From the NCBI GenBank assembly GCA_051294375.1, contig CM119265.1, positions 6,891,489 through 6,955,488 of the forward strand: a stretch of DNA of 64,000 nt, in the 5' to 3' direction. The stretch is from Paraspadella gotoi. Taxonomy: Eukaryota > Animalia > Chaetognatha. Made by a program: the position numbers and the translations under genes. Numbering within the stretch: position 1 is the first letter of the stretch; each line of letters starts with the position of its first letter. Below the pieces are notes generated by a model, which saw only the letters and a list, made by a program, of their open reading frames with translations, was not told the origin of the DNA and searched no databases. This document shows positions 62,670-64,000 of the stretch, one piece after another.

Positions 62670-63277
62670 CCGGGATTTCAATCTGGAGCGAAAGGAAAAG
62701 ACTTGATTAAATTAAATTCTTTCACTGTATATTATATTTATAACTTTTATTAGTTAGAAAACTACTAATAGTATAATCACTGTCTCTCAAGCGCTAAGTC
62801 ACTTTTAATAAAAAAATTTGGTGATAAAAAGTCAGTTTCATGATTTGTTATTATAAAAAAAAAATTAAAATAAAACCTAACTTATTTACTATGGCAATTA
62901 TCAACAAAGTCGTCTTTCGTAAATTTTCCCCCCCCCCCAGCTTAAATTTGTATTTTTAATAGATTTTAAAGGGAAAACGTGATTATTAAGTATTATTTAT
63001 ATTATAAAAAAATTTTTTCTGGTTCGTGATTCATTTACTACAGTATCTTATTAATCATTTAAAAAAAAATCGATTGTTTTAATGGGAACTGAACGGTTTA
63101 AAAGTAGAAATTTACCCTCTGACGAAAATGTTTATAACTATCCTAGCTAGAATGTTACGAATTGATGGAAAAAAGTGAAGTATTTTTCTATTAGTAAGAA
63201 AAAATTTTAAAACCTGATTGCTCTTCGTTTCGATTATATTACAAGTTCTTTTGTATCAGTCCAGATTGAAGTCCATG
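62670..63277. mobile_element. MITE (family B), Tc1/mariner-like termini
   Basis: TIRs CCGGGATTTCAATCTGGA / TCCAGATTGAAGTCCATG followed by TA; lies in the DHX33-like intron. Confidence 0.72.
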
Positions 63278-63676
63278 TACTATCTTACAAGGTGACACAC
63301 GACAGCCCGCCGCTAAAAAAAAATCGTCATTTTAATCTGAAATTTTTTTCCAGATTTCATATTGATTGGTTATAATTTGACTTGGCAATGACCGGAAAAA
63401 AGTTGCTTTAAAAATTGTCTTTAATTTTAAAACAAATATTTTTTTGTCTAACTTTATAAACATTTTTTAAAGAACTTTTACATAAAAAGGTATCAATATT
63501 AATATCTTCTGAAAGCTCTTAAAAATTTAAAGAAAATGACATATTTAAAAATATTGTAACATGAAAATAAGTTTAACCAGCGTTAGTTTAATCAAGATAA
63601 TCCAAATTGAAATAATAAAATGCTAAAATATATTTTTTTAAATATCTGACCTATTTTAACTATAATGATAATTTGA

Positions 63677-64000
63677 TAATCCTTTCGTTTGTTGTTTGAA
63701 ATAGATTAAAGGAAAACGAAATTTTTTCGCGTTTTAACAACATTTATTTTTTTATGTAATGGACAAGTTTCGACTCTAGTTTTCGAGTCTTCATCAGTCT
63801 GTATCTCCCGTTTCAAAACAGGCCAGAACAGACAACTGCCCGCCTCACCGTCAGGTGAGAAGAGGTCTCTCGGCAGGCCTATCAGGCCAGAGAGATATAC
63901 GAGTGGCCCTTGGCATTTTTCCAGCCGGATCTTTGCCAGACCCGAACCAATCCCACTCCACCACAATATCCTCTCAGCCCATTACAGGCCAATGAACCGA
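63677..64000 (+). mobile_element. Penelope-like element derivative (copy 5), truncated by the window end
   Basis: Degenerate minus-strand tail ~63678-63705, minus-strand hammerhead 63762-63797 (GAAACTTGTC variant), fused directly to ORF remnant 63798-63995. Confidence 0.8.
63798..63995 (+). pseudogene. 3' end of an unknown element-encoded ORF (copy 5)
   Basis: SVSPVSKQARTDNCPPHRQVRRGLSAGLSGQRDIRVALGIFPAGSLPDPNQSHSTTISSQPITGQ*, translated by hand (this frame is not in the ORF track). Confidence 0.78.

Overview
AT-rich animal (eukaryotic) genomic DNA with GT-AG introns. Eight protein-coding genes, all on the + strand and some very tightly spaced: NDUFA8, TAF11, NDUFB2, DDX47, DHX9, BBLN (bublin/UPF0184), BLTP1 (KIAA1109/tweek) and the 5' part of a DEAH-box helicase (DHX33-like). 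They sit among dense, nested non-autonomous transposons (MITEs, Helentron/DINE-1-like elements, a tRNA-derived SINE). The main discovery is a family of Penelope-like retroelement derivatives at about 4.2-5.0, 5.3-6.5, 8.4-8.8, 22.5-22.8, 36.9-37.3 and 63.7-64 kb. They carry minimal type I hammerhead ribozymes (CTGATGA...GAAACATGTC), usually in inverted arms. The three cleanest copies have a 33-37 nt one-sided tail (CAACGAAAA(A)GAAAG) and 13-15 bp target duplications. Three copies keep the 3' end of an unrecognised ORF (SGQRDIRVALG[LI]FP motif) whose core differs only at synonymous sites. All calls come from reading the sequence; no database search was run.
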